The notes: a model not told the origin generated them from the letters alone. Counted from the first letter of the stretch, positions 8,374 to 18,264 are shown. The stretch: DNA of 55,008 nucleotides from Candidatus Nomurabacteria bacterium (GCA_943350875.1 CALRAL010000004.1:1-55008); one strand, 5' to 3'. Translations and numbers: made by a program.

Positions 8374-11289
8374 GTGAGAAAAATGCAGAAGTTAAATCAA
8401 AAAATGAAGAATTGCATCACCACACTGCTCATAGTGAGCTTTGTGGCTATGCCTATTTTAAATGCCTTTCCTAAAAAAGCAGAGGCACAGAGTATCGGTG
8501 CAAACGCCAATGGCCTCGGTCCACTAATAGCCCAACTACCTGGATGCATACAACTAGCAAAAGACGCTGTAAGCGGTGTTGGGGATTTTATTGGTAATTT
8601 ATTCAGTTCCAATACTAGCAATATACCAGGTAGTTCAGATTTTGTAGGACCAATACAACCAGCAGAAGATAGGAGTGATTTCGTAGGACCACCAGCACCC
8701 AATCTTGAAGATAAAGCAACTAATGGAATAGCAGAAACTAGTGCTGTTACAGTAGTTATAAAAGGATCAGCAGAAAAAAATATAGCTGATTCGAAAACTG
8801 CAGATGAAGCCACTGCGAAAAACGTTGCAGCTCAGCGTAAAAACGACACATGCTTGAAAGCTATCGGTAAAGTAATGGTAAAATTGCTTTTGCAGAAGTT
8901 GACGCAAAGTATGGTAGATTGGATAAACAATGGCTTCAATGGTAAACCAGCTTTTATCCAAAGCCCAGGACAATTCTTTGGCGATATCGCTAAAAATGAA
9001 TTCTTGCAATTTGGGGCAGAGATGAATCCACCGGAATTATACCCATTTGCTAGGGCATTCCTGCAAACTCAAGCTAACGCTTTCAAAAAGAAATTTCATG
9101 ACAACGCAAAATACTCTTTAGATAAATTAATCTATGAAACAACCCCAAACTGCCAAGATGAAAATGGAATACAGATAAGATGTGGTGCTATTGCATTCTA
9201 TCAAAACTTTAACAATGGCGGATGGAATGCTTGGGCCAATGCCACACTACCACAGAATAATCCTGTTGGTTTTCAGATAATAGCAAGTAATGAATTACAA
9301 GATAGATTGAGAGGTCTTTCCAAATCAACAGGTGAGATTATACAAGATTCATTAAATTGGTCTGGAGGGTTTCTCAACCAAGAGCATTGTATAAGCCCAG
9401 CGCATAACATATCGAGAGCAGAAGATGCTGAAGCATTAAAAACATTCGGAAATAATGGACCAACAGCCAAAGATTTATCAGATTGGAAATATGAATATGG
9501 AAACGAACCAATACCTAGACGTTGCACCGGGGGGTTTGAAAATATAACTCCTGGAAAACTAGTAGCAGAAGCAGCTACGAGAGTGACTGCCTACCCAGAG
9601 AATGACTATCTGAAAGCAGATGACTTGAATGATGCAATAGCAGCTATTTTGGATGCTACATTGAACCATTTTGCGGTCAAATGGATGGATGAAGGGTTCA
9701 TTGCTCTTGATAAAGCATTTGGGCCAAAAGCAAAAGCAGGTGGGTTTGAATCTGAGCCCTATGGTGAGAGAAGAAGCACTAGAACAGAAGAAGATTATGA
9801 TAGGAATGACCTAGGTAGAAGCAAATTCTTACAAAATCATCCGAACTTTAATATCCGCACAGACTTAACCCAAGCACTCATAGACGAACAGAGGACTTAC
9901 CAAGATAAATTGAAAAAGCAAAATGAATCTATCACAGATTTAATAAAAGTTATTTACCAGCTTGATTACTGCATCCCAGGTCCTCACCCAGGTTGGTATG
10001 AAGATTCACAGAGAAATTTGGATGTACAAACAAATGCAATAAAATCTGAAACAACAGAAAGCCTCAAAGATGTCACTTTAGAAGGAATATCAAAAATTGC
10101 CAATGTTGGAGCACCGATAGGTGGTGCGATAGGTGGTGCAGCCCTAGCATCAGCATTATTCACTACAACAGCAGTGGGTGGAGCGGCGGCGGCGGGAGCC
10201 ACAGCAGGAAGTGTTGTCCCCATTGTAGGAACAATTATTGGAGCTGCAGTAGGTGCGGCAATAGCTTATGGAATACAAACTTTTAGTGATGGTAAGGATG
10301 AAGAAAAAGTACAACTTTTTTATGCCAGTGTAATAAATGGATTAACTGGCATACAACCTAGTTGGAAAGGAACCGATGATCCTAAAAAACAAAATTTTAG
10401 AAGCAAAGAAGGGACTGTAAATGTAATAAATACAATCTATCAAAGATATGCCAATATAATCGCGAAAACTTATACTACCGAATTCTTGCCAGATGTATAT
10501 AAAGAGGCAACCACAAAGTTTAATGAGGTCAAAGGATACAATCAAATCTTTTTAGATAATGTAGACGAGATAAATAATAGAGAAACTACTATAAAAAAAT
10601 TAATAGAAATAAAAAAAGGAATTGATGAATTAAATAATAGAAAAAGTGTCACTGTAGGTGGAGAAATATTAGCTACTGATAGAGAAAATAAAAAACAATT
10701 TCTAGAACAATATGAAATTGATTTGAAACCATTGATAAAAAAATTCGGGAGATTATCTTCAGGTATGGTTAACGGTGACGATATATCAAATGTTGATAAT
10801 TTAACAAAACAAGTAAATGACGAAAAAAGTTATGTGTATAAAGAGCTATTAAAAGGCCCAGATGGTTGTGAACAACAAATGGTAGAAATTATGAAAAAAA
10901 TAAAAGATGACTTTACAACAAACCCAAATGATCAAGAAAAAGAAGTAAGAAAAGACATTTTCGAAACAAAAAGGATGACTTATCCTGTAGAGATATTGTA
11001 TGACTATAATTACATAGCAGATGGTGCTTCCATACCAGACCCTTGGAATAGTGGTTACGACAAAAATAAAAACATATCTCATAATGATCTTGGTCCAGGG
11101 TTCTTGAGTAAGCTATATTTCAAAATATTTGGTGATGGTAGCAGTAATCAGACAAATCAAATAACTCATCCATTAGATGTCTGGGATTTCTTTGGACATA
11201 ACACAGATGAAGGAACCAAAGAAAGAGCAATAGGTACAAGAAATGATGATTATAATGGCAAATTTGAAAGAGTTATTGGGATTTATTAA
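8374..11289 (+). CDS. Large secreted or membrane protein (971 aa), first gene of the T4SS-like locus. An alternative ATG start lies at 8383.
   Basis: N-terminal signal/TM segment (CITTLLIVSFVAMPILNAFPKKAEA). Central Gly/Ala-rich hydrophobic hairpin (GAPIGGAIGGAALASALFTTTAVGGAAAAGATAGSVVPIVGTIIGAAVGAAIAYG). Coiled C-terminal half. Confidence 0.6.
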   Translation: MRKMQKLNQKMKNCITTLLIVSFVAMPILNAFPKKAEAQSIGANANGLGPLIAQLPGCIQLAKDAVSGVGDFIGNLFSSNTSNIPGSSDFVGPIQPAEDRSDFVGPPAPNLEDKATNGIAETSAVTVVIKGSAEKNIADSKTADEATAKNVAAQRKNDTCLKAIGKVMVKLLLQKLTQSMVDWINNGFNGKPAFIQSPGQFFGDIAKNEFLQFGAEMNPPELYPFARAFLQTQANAFKKKFHDNAKYSLDKLIYETTPNCQDENGIQIRCGAIAFYQNFNNGGWNAWANATLPQNNPVGFQIIASNELQDRLRGLSKSTGEIIQDSLNWSGGFLNQEHCISPAHNISRAEDAEALKTFGNNGPTAKDLSDWKYEYGNEPIPRRCTGGFENITPGKLVAEAATRVTAYPENDYLKADDLNDAIAAILDATLNHFAVKWMDEGFIALDKAFGPKAKAGGFESEPYGERRSTRTEEDYDRNDLGRSKFLQNHPNFNIRTDLTQALIDEQRTYQDKLKKQNESITDLIKVIYQLDYCIPGPHPGWYEDSQRNLDVQTNAIKSETTESLKDVTLEGISKIANVGAPIGGAIGGAALASALFTTTAVGGAAAAGATAGSVVPIVGTIIGAAVGAAIAYGIQTFSDGKDEEKVQLFYASVINGLTGIQPSWKGTDDPKKQNFRSKEGTVNVINTIYQRYANIIAKTYTTEFLPDVYKEATTKFNEVKGYNQIFLDNVDEINNRETTIKKLIEIKKGIDELNNRKSVTVGGEILATDRENKKQFLEQYEIDLKPLIKKFGRLSSGMVNGDDISNVDNLTKQVNDEKSYVYKELLKGPDGCEQQMVEIMKKIKDDFTTNPNDQEKEVRKDIFETKRMTYPVEILYDYNYIADGASIPDPWNSGYDKNKNISHNDLGPGFLSKLYFKIFGDGSSNQTNQITHPLDVWDFFGHNTDEGTKERAIGTRNDDYNGKFERVIGIY

Positions 11290-11296
11290 ATTGGAG

Positions 11297-13744
11297 ATGC
11301 AAAAAAATATATTTAAAATATTAATACTTGGAATCATATTGTTGTCCACACCATTTTTTGCACATGCATGGGATATGAAAACTTATGAGGCTTTTGGAGT
11401 TCATCGTGACTCTGCAATCTTGTGGGGTGGTCTTGATGACACTGGAACCCTCAAATTTGAATTTAGAAGTAAAAGTGACTATGTAAATGCTGCTGATCCG
11501 ACAACAGGTCATCCAGATGGACAAATCTTAAGTGAGGATAATGATGACAATCATCCAGGGAAAAACACTTGTAGGGGTAAATTTAAAGACACAGGAACTG
11601 ATTATCAAAATCATCCAGGAACTGATTTTTCTGGATTCCTTGGAGCTTATTGTCGTCTCTTTAACTTAGAACCAAATACTACATACTATTTTCGTGCTTG
11701 CGCACAAAATCCAGACACAAACCATCCTTATAGATGCTCACCTATTATAAATAACTTTACGACAACAGTAGACCCTTCAAATAATCCTCTGCTAAAAACT
11801 GGTCCGACAGAAAAAGTAAGACAAAACAGTGCTAGACTGAAAGGATTATTTAATTCTAGTGATGGAAGTGATATTTTTGATATTTGGTTTGAATATAGTA
11901 CTGATGAACAAACAGTTCAAGAAAATTCTGGCATACCTATTGTTGCAAGGCATGATAGTAATGGTGGATCTCAAACAATAAGTGAACTAATACCAGAAAC
12001 CATGTATTATTATCGAGTTTGTGCTAATAATGAAAGAAATCACCCAACAATTGCAAACTGTGGAGAAATTGTTAGTTTCAAAACACTGAATGGTTTCAAA
12101 CCTCAAGTAATATCAGAAAGAGTAGAAAATGTACAACGCAAAAAAGCCATTTTGGTGGTAAATGTTAAACCAAATTATGCTGAAACTACTATTGATTTTC
12201 TGCTTGGAAAAGCAATAAACCAAAATATGAATGGTCTTCATTGTGACTTAAATGAAACGACAAATTCAAAAAGTATTCTTATTAAAGCAGGAACTACTTG
12301 GAACGAAGGTGAAACTCAATGGCCAGTAGAAAACTTAGAACCAAAAACATATTATTGTTTCAATGTAAAAATTCACAATAAATACGGAGACGATGAAGGA
12401 TTCGTAAAAACATTTTTCACTCGAGGCCCGGAAGACCTGCCCGAAAGCAACCTTGCTGTCATTACTGATGGAGCAGATTCTATTAACGACGTAAGTGCAA
12501 TATTAAAAGGTCACGGGAAGCCTGCCACTCCGCCAATAATCCCGCCAGCCACTACACCTGCTCCAGTCTTGCCGACCAGCGTATATTTCAGGTATTCTAC
12601 TGCCAATAAGCCACCAGTTTTCTGTAACGACATTTATGGTACTAATATGATTGCCACAAGGGACCAAAAAATAACAAGAAAACCCCCAAGCAACCCACCG
12701 CTTTCACCAACTGACCCAGAAAATCTAGTACAATTTTCTCAAAAAATCACTGGGCTTATCCCTGACACAATCTATTATTATTGCGCCGTAATTTCAGATA
12801 AGAATGACATAACTTATGGCTATGATAGTAATACTAACAAAATGCCATCTTTCCGCACAGCACCTTGTTCTACTTGTGATCAAACAAATGTAGAGACAAA
12901 AAGTGTAGATAGTGTGAATGAAATATCGGCAGAACTGAAAGGAACTTACCGTTCAACAGAAGTTGTAAAAACATATTTCGAATATAGGGCAATGGCACAA
13001 AAGACCAGAGAAGGAATAGCCTTAGAGATAGGGGATTGGATAAAAGTAGATGAAACAACACAAAGCAAGGGCTCTATTGGTGATATGGATTTCGTTCTAC
13101 CAAAATTAAATCCAAATACAACATATCAGTACAGAGCAGTGGCACAAGCAATGGAAAATAGTTTCACTCCTAACAAAAGATTCGTTGGACAGACTATCAC
13201 ATTTAAAACGGAACGTTTAAGTACAGACACAGGAAATGGCGGATATTCTGGATACAATAATAGCCAAAACAATACTAATTATGGCGACTTCGGAAATGGA
13301 AATAATTTTGATGGAGAAAATAACAGCTTCAATAATTATGGGGACAATAGTTCTAACAACAGTGGACCTAGTTTTACATTGGGACAAACTGCTACTCCAC
13401 CTGTTGATGCTACAGTACACAGTAAAGAAGGTGTCGAGACAGTATTCGCAAGGCAGATAGTGGGGAATAAAGCCCTCGCAAGCAAATATGGCTATACCGA
13501 TGGGCAAGATCTGCAAACTTTCGCAGGTACATTAGCACACTCATTGGCAATAACTTTCGGATATATAAGCGCCAGTGGTAAAGAAATACGTGTGGCACAG
13601 GCAGACGTGGCAGCCTATCAGTTGGAGTTCGTAAATGACAAATTGACTGTGTATGAATATTTCAGAAACATCATCATAAATATCCAAGATGTCACATCAG
13701 TTTTCAAAAATGTTCACGAATATGAGTATACCTTCAAGAAGTAG
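11297..13744 (+). CDS. Secreted protein with about 5 fibronectin-III-like repeats and an Asn/Gly/Ser-rich low-complexity segment
   Basis: The ATG at 11297 gives a signal peptide (MQKNIFKILILGIILLSTPFFAHA). Recurrent repeat ends: LEPNTTYYFRAC, LIPETMYYYRVC, LEPKTYYCFNV, LIPDTIYYYCAV, LNPNTTYQYRAV. The track start at 11243 overlaps the previous gene and lacks the signal-peptide logic. Confidence 0.65.
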   Translation: MQKNIFKILILGIILLSTPFFAHAWDMKTYEAFGVHRDSAILWGGLDDTGTLKFEFRSKSDYVNAADPTTGHPDGQILSEDNDDNHPGKNTCRGKFKDTGTDYQNHPGTDFSGFLGAYCRLFNLEPNTTYYFRACAQNPDTNHPYRCSPIINNFTTTVDPSNNPLLKTGPTEKVRQNSARLKGLFNSSDGSDIFDIWFEYSTDEQTVQENSGIPIVARHDSNGGSQTISELIPETMYYYRVCANNERNHPTIANCGEIVSFKTLNGFKPQVISERVENVQRKKAILVVNVKPNYAETTIDFLLGKAINQNMNGLHCDLNETTNSKSILIKAGTTWNEGETQWPVENLEPKTYYCFNVKIHNKYGDDEGFVKTFFTRGPEDLPESNLAVITDGADSINDVSAILKGHGKPATPPIIPPATTPAPVLPTSVYFRYSTANKPPVFCNDIYGTNMIATRDQKITRKPPSNPPLSPTDPENLVQFSQKITGLIPDTIYYYCAVISDKNDITYGYDSNTNKMPSFRTAPCSTCDQTNVETKSVDSVNEISAELKGTYRSTEVVKTYFEYRAMAQKTREGIALEIGDWIKVDETTQSKGSIGDMDFVLPKLNPNTTYQYRAVAQAMENSFTPNKRFVGQTITFKTERLSTDTGNGGYSGYNNSQNNTNYGDFGNGNNFDGENNSFNNYGDNSSNNSGPSFTLGQTATPPVDATVHSKEGVETVFARQIVGNKALASKYGYTDGQDLQTFAGTLAHSLAITFGYISASGKEIRVAQADVAAYQLEFVNDKLTVYEYFRNIIINIQDVTSVFKNVHEYEYTFKK

Positions 13745-13746
13745 CA

Positions 13747-13771
13747 CCTAGCAAGGACAGTCCTTGCTAGG
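13747..13771. repeat. 25-nt perfect palindrome (12-bp arms) immediately after the stop codon
   Basis: CCTAGCAAGGAC-a-GTCCTTGCTAGG. Its 21-nt core is repeated identically at 17400-17420. Confidence 0.85.
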
Positions 13772-13787
13772 GGGAAGTTATAAAGAA

Positions 13788-14435
13788 ATGCGAAAATCAA
13801 ATACAAAAACAAATAAAAGAGAAATAATGCTGATACCAAATGAAAGGGTGATCAGTAAGATATTTTTTATTAGAAACAAAAAGGTTATGATAGATAGTGA
13901 CCTCGCAGGACTTTATGGAGTTGAAACAAAAGTACTCAATCAGGCTGTTAAAAGAAATCTAGAAAGATTCCCAGAAGATTTTATGTTTCAGCTTACTAAA
14001 GAAGAAGCTAATGCTTGGAAATCAGAAGTTGAAATACCAAACTTAAGGTACCAAATTGGCACCTTAAGTTCAAGGTCACAATCTGTGACCTTGAATAACT
14101 TGAATTCACAATCTGTGACCTCAAGTTCAAGGTACCAAATTGGCACCTTGAAACAAGGTGAAAATATAAAATATCTGCCTTATGTTTTCACTGAACAAGG
14201 TGTCGCCATGCTCTCATCTGTTTTAAATAGCAAAAGAGCGATACAGGTAAATATCCAAATCATCCGAACGTTTACGCAGTTTAGAGAGTTATTGTTGGGG
14301 GATAAAGAATTAAGGACAAAGATAGAAAAAATGGAGAAAAAATATGACAGCAAATTGAAAGAAGTGTTTGATTTATTAAAACAGTTAATCATGGAAGAAG
14401 TAGAGCCAAAAGGTAAAATAGGATATAGGAGGTAG
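13788..14435 (+). CDS. ORF6N (KilA-N-related) DNA-binding domain protein
   Basis: IFFIRNKKVMIDSDLAGLYGVETKVLNQAVKRNLERFPEDFMFQLTKEE and LPYVFTEQGVAMLSSVLNS are the family hallmarks as I recall them. The TTG start at 13764 in the track lies inside the palindrome, so the ATG at 13788 (or 13827) is preferred. Confidence 0.75.
   Translation: MRKSNTKTNKREIMLIPNERVISKIFFIRNKKVMIDSDLAGLYGVETKVLNQAVKRNLERFPEDFMFQLTKEEANAWKSEVEIPNLRYQIGTLSSRSQSVTLNNLNSQSVTSSSRYQIGTLKQGENIKYLPYVFTEQGVAMLSSVLNSKRAIQVNIQIIRTFTQFRELLLGDKELRTKIEKMEKKYDSKLKEVFDLLKQLIMEEVEPKGKIGYRR
14042..14152 (+). repeat. Four tandem 27-30-nt palindromic units inside the ORF6N CDS
   Basis: Units at 14042-14068, 14069-14095, 14096-14125 and 14126-14152. 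Example: TTCAAGGTCACA-atc-TGTGACCTTGAA. They encode LRYQIGTLS / SRSQSVTLN / NLNSQSVTSS / SRYQIGTLK. Confidence 0.8.
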
Positions 14436-14444
14436 TTTGAAAGT

Positions 14445-14467
14445 TCCGCTAGGAAAGACCTAGCGGA
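14445..14467 (+). terminator. Hairpin after the ORF6N gene (possible terminator, no clear T-run)
   Basis: TCCGCTAGG-aaaga-CCTAGCGGA, a 9-bp stem. Confidence 0.35.
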
Positions 14468-14484
14468 GAAAAGTAGAAAGGAAA

Positions 14485-16977
14485 ATGCGAAATAAATTAT
14501 TTAAAAGAATAGTGATCGGAACGGTAATGCTAGGAATATTCCTCGCGCCTATTTCCGCTGGGATAAAGATAAATAATGAAAATAAAACTATGGCAGTAAA
14601 AGTAGATGCAAGCATAGTTAGAGCAGATGACCCAAAAGGAACTTGTGAGATCGCACACAATGGTCGTGGAATTAACTTTTCACAAAACCATATAACGGAA
14701 GCTGAATGTAATAAAATGGGTGATAGTAGAAGATGGACACCAGATAGTGGAACTGCTAAAACTGAAGACAGTCCTGGTTTTAGTCTAAATTGTGGAGTAG
14801 GTGGTTTATTTGGTTGGAGCGATAGTAGCCTTGGAGGTTGTATAGCGCAGATTGTTTATGCATTTTGGGTTGTATCTTCATGGATTGCATTATTGGGAGG
14901 ATTTGTTCTTGATTGGTTTATATATTATTCCACTAATAGCTCTTCATATACAGGTGCTTTTGTGGAGCAAGGTTGGGGGATAATACGAGATGTGGCAAAT
15001 ATATTCTTTATCATCGCTCTTCTTTATGTAGCTATCAGAACGGTATTGAGTTTGCATGTGGCAGATAATAAAAAACTGATTGGTATGGTAGTTTTCATCG
15101 CCTTATTTATAAATTTTAGTTTATTTACTACCAAAGTTGTGATTGACACTTCAAATATCCTGGCAAAAATATTCTATAATAACATAACTCCCGCAGACGA
15201 TAAAGGAAATTCTGCGATTGGTACTAAGGGTCAAAAATCTATTTCTGCAGCTATTGTTAGCCACTATAATCCACAACAAATTATGAGTGGAACAGAATAT
15301 AAAGAGGATGGAGGGGTCACTAAATTTATTTTTATTGTAATTGTTCTTTTGGTTGTCACCCTTTATACTGCTTATATTTTCTTTTCGGTAGCATTACTTT
15401 TTGTCAGTCGAGTCGCTTCTCTGTGGATGTCTATGATATTTGCTCCAATAGCTTTCATATCATATGTTGTGCCATTTGAAATTCCCGGCTTTGGTCATAA
15501 AAAATGGTGGACTGATTTATTTCAATTTGCATTTCTGGCTCCTATCTTTATATTCTTCCTTTATTTAATAGTACGATTTTTAAGTATTGGGGAACAACTT
15601 GTTGACACTAGTAATTCTACTAAAATAGTACCAAAAATAATGGGTGTGATGATTCCTTTTGTGTTATTGGTTGTCCTATTAAAACAAGCTAAAGATATTG
15701 CTGTAAAATATTCTGGTGAACTTGGTGCGGCACTGATGAAAGGAGCTCAAGCTGTTGGTGGGATAGCTCTCGGCGCAGCAACAGGGGGAGCAGCACTTGG
15801 TTTAAGCAGTCTGGCAGGAGCAGCAACTAAAAATACTCTTGCTGATGATGAGCTCCGTAAAAAAGCTGCAGGGGGAGACAAAGTAGCACAAGGAAAAATA
15901 GATAGAGCCAATCGCTTGGCTTCAAAAAGTTTTGATATAAGACAAACAGGAATAGGTAAGGGATTTAGTAAAATGTCTGGTATGGACATAAGTAAAGGAA
16001 TTGGAATCGATGCAATAAGTGCTGAAAACTTAAAAGGAGGAGTAAAAGGGAGAAATGATCGTAAGGTAGAAAAATATGAAGAAAAAATGAAGAGCTATGA
16101 AATGACAGCATCAGAAGCTCAAATCCAAAATGGAAAAGCAGATAATTATAAAAAAGGCTATGAAAAAGATAAGAAGGAAGCTAAAAAAATATCAGATAAT
16201 AACCAAGAAGTAAATTATGACAAAGCACTAAATATTCAGAAAAATAAACTTGCAGCCGATAAAGAAAAATATGATAACACATATAATAACGCATTGAATG
16301 CATATAAAGCTAGTGGTAATACTGGAGCTACTGCTGAAAATTTATTTAAAGAAAGATATGAGAAAAGGAATCCTCCAATTTTTACATCATTTGATGAAGA
16401 AAGTTTTAGAAAAAAATATAACAAAGAGCATGAGAAGGACGAATTTGATGAAGAGGCATTTAAAAATGCTTATGAAAAAGGAGGGGATTTAAGTAAGTTT
16501 GGATTAAATAAAACGGTTGAAGGAAAAGTTTATACAGCAGCAGAAGAAAATAAAGAGCGCAGAAAGGCCTATGCCTATAGTCTTAAATACCCAAAAAGAG
16601 ATGAAAATGGTAAAGGAATTACAAATGAACAAGGTCAGCCAGTTGGGGGAGATTTTGGAAAAGCACTCAGAGAGAGCATGAAAAATAGACTTGTACCTAC
16701 AGGTGAACTAAGTAAAACATTATTAACAGGAGCATTAACATATGGTATGGCTCCCCTTATTGGAGGAATAATAGATGCCATAAAAGCAACAAGACCCGTA
16801 AGTAAAGAATTAACAGCCAGAGTAGAAAAGGGTAAAAGTGATCTTGAAAAATTCTCTGATGTAATTAAAAAAGCAACAGGAGGAAACCTCCGTGCCAAAG
16901 AAGAAGCAGGTGAAACAATGCATAAGGTAGTTAATAAAACAGAAAGCAATGATAGTTCAGTAAAAAAAGATCATTAG
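14485..16977 (+). CDS. Polytopic membrane protein, VirB6/TrbL-like, with a long Lys/Glu-rich C-terminal tail
   Basis: Signal/TM segment at the N-terminus, then at least 6 predicted TM helices (for example FIFIVIVLLVVTLYTAYIFFSVALLF and LFQFAFLAPIFIFFLYLIV). A Gly/Ala-rich segment follows. It lies next to PrgI-like and VirB4-like genes. Confidence 0.5.
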   Translation: MRNKLFKRIVIGTVMLGIFLAPISAGIKINNENKTMAVKVDASIVRADDPKGTCEIAHNGRGINFSQNHITEAECNKMGDSRRWTPDSGTAKTEDSPGFSLNCGVGGLFGWSDSSLGGCIAQIVYAFWVVSSWIALLGGFVLDWFIYYSTNSSSYTGAFVEQGWGIIRDVANIFFIIALLYVAIRTVLSLHVADNKKLIGMVVFIALFINFSLFTTKVVIDTSNILAKIFYNNITPADDKGNSAIGTKGQKSISAAIVSHYNPQQIMSGTEYKEDGGVTKFIFIVIVLLVVTLYTAYIFFSVALLFVSRVASLWMSMIFAPIAFISYVVPFEIPGFGHKKWWTDLFQFAFLAPIFIFFLYLIVRFLSIGEQLVDTSNSTKIVPKIMGVMIPFVLLVVLLKQAKDIAVKYSGELGAALMKGAQAVGGIALGAATGGAALGLSSLAGAATKNTLADDELRKKAAGGDKVAQGKIDRANRLASKSFDIRQTGIGKGFSKMSGMDISKGIGIDAISAENLKGGVKGRNDRKVEKYEEKMKSYEMTASEAQIQNGKADNYKKGYEKDKKEAKKISDNNQEVNYDKALNIQKNKLAADKEKYDNTYNNALNAYKASGNTGATAENLFKERYEKRNPPIFTSFDEESFRKKYNKEHEKDEFDEEAFKNAYEKGGDLSKFGLNKTVEGKVYTAAEENKERRKAYAYSLKYPKRDENGKGITNEQGQPVGGDFGKALRESMKNRLVPTGELSKTLLTGALTYGMAPLIGGIIDAIKATRPVSKELTARVEKGKSDLEKFSDVIKKATGGNLRAKEEAGETMHKVVNKTESNDSSVKKDH

Positions 16978-17029
16978 AATAAATAATGTATTATTAAAAG
17001 TCGATTATAAATAGCAAAATAAAAAAATT

Positions 17030-17776
17030 ATGGATGAAAAAACAACACAAATGATAAAAGAGCGATTTGATGCTTTGCCTAAAATGATCCAGGAGGCAAT
17101 TCTCTCATCTGGTTATGAAAATTCACTAATAGAAATTGGTAAAAAATATCAATTAAATGTTGAACAAATGGGCACGCTTGAGCTGGAAACAACCTTGACA
17201 ATGATGGGAATAACCGCTACTAAAGATTTTGAAGTTGAACTGACACGCGAGCTTAAATTTGATAAAATAAAAGGTGCGCAAATAGTCACAGATATTAATG
17301 AGAAAGTATTTTTGACTATCCGAGAATTACTGAAAATAATGAATACACCACCGGGAGAAAAATCAGAACTTGATGAACCTGTTGAATTAGAAGAACCTAT
17401 AGCAAGGACAGTCCTTGCTAGTAATGCTAGTAAAAATGAAGGGGAGGGAAATAAAAATGTGTTAAAATCTGCTGGGATAGAGATACTGGATGGAGATAAA
17501 AGAATGGATGAAAAAGAAATTGAAAAAAATAGAGTAGTACAAAATATCTCAAAATTGACTGACTTTTCAAAAGCTACAACTATTAAAACAGAATATTCAT
17601 TAAATAATATTTCAAAAGCTGGGGTATCAGTGCCCAAAACAGAACCATCCCCATCGTTAGTAAAAACAGCTATGCCTGGGGGAATAATGCCAACATCAAC
17701 TGTGTCGCAAGGAGCAAATTTATCACCATCATACGGAATAAAATCTGACCCTTACAGGATGTCACCGAATGAATAG
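17030..17776 (+). CDS. Hypothetical protein (248 aa) within the T4SS-like locus
   Basis: Clean ORF with no recognised motif. Carries the in-frame palindrome at 17400-17420. Confidence 0.5.
   Translation: MDEKTTQMIKERFDALPKMIQEAILSSGYENSLIEIGKKYQLNVEQMGTLELETTLTMMGITATKDFEVELTRELKFDKIKGAQIVTDINEKVFLTIRELLKIMNTPPGEKSELDEPVELEEPIARTVLASNASKNEGEGNKNVLKSAGIEILDGDKRMDEKEIEKNRVVQNISKLTDFSKATTIKTEYSLNNISKAGVSVPKTEPSPSLVKTAMPGGIMPTSTVSQGANLSPSYGIKSDPYRMSPNE
17400..17420. repeat. 21-nt palindrome in frame inside the CDS
   Basis: TAGCAAGGAC-a-GTCCTTGCTA, identical to 13749-13769. Encodes IARTVLA. Confidence 0.85.
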
Positions 17777-17807
17777 GTTATGCATCCCGTTAGATGAAAT
17801 ATAAGTT

Positions 17808-18260
17808 ATGCAATTCAAAGTTCCACAATTTTTAGATATAGAAGACAAGATTTTCGGGCCTTTCACCTTTAAGCAGTTCGTGTACCTCGCTGGAGGAGGA
17901 GGGCTCTGCTACATATTATTCAAACTCCTTGGATTCTTGGGAAGCTCAATACCAGTGCTCGCAGTAGCTGGATTCTCATTGATATTAGCATTCTATAGAC
18001 CAAATAATAAACCATTCTTAAATATGATAGAAGCCAGTGTAAAATATGCAATGCAAGATAAACTATACATCTGGAAAAGACGAAAAAACACAAAAGAATA
18101 CAGACAAGAAGAGGAAAAAGCTATGGAATTAAAAACAAAAATGATGCAGAAGAATGGAAAAAGATTGAGTGGAAGTAAATTGCGTGACTTGGCTTGGAGT
18201 TTGGATGTGTTAGATTTAAAAAAACCTGTCTCGACGCAAAGCGAGGAAAAATCACAATAA
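17808..18260 (+). CDS. PrgI-family (VirB3-like) small membrane protein
   Basis: MQFKVPQFLDIEDKIFGPFTFKQFVYLAGGGG followed by two TM segments. This N-terminal pattern is typical of PrgI-family T4SS components. It sits directly upstream of VirB4. Confidence 0.65.
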   Translation: MQFKVPQFLDIEDKIFGPFTFKQFVYLAGGGGLCYILFKLLGFLGSSIPVLAVAGFSLILAFYRPNNKPFLNMIEASVKYAMQDKLYIWKRRKNTKEYRQEEEKAMELKTKMMQKNGKRLSGSKLRDLAWSLDVLDLKKPVSTQSEEKSQ

Positions 18261-18264
18261 TCAT

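Noticed and set aside
13236-13460. Alternative-frame ORFs (13236-13460 plus strand, 13217-13516 minus strand) over the Asn/Gly-rich tract
   Set aside because: Low-complexity DNA keeps several frames open. The long Fn3-protein frame is continuous through this region.
17149-17637. 162-aa minus-strand ORF. Similar antisense ORFs occur at 8397-8813, 41856-42260, 24003-24335, 46606-46971 and 47506-47856.
   Set aside because: They lie opposite longer ORFs that sit in a co-oriented operon context. They have Ser/Phe/Leu-rich shadow composition and no start context. AT-rich genomes produce many such open antisense frames.
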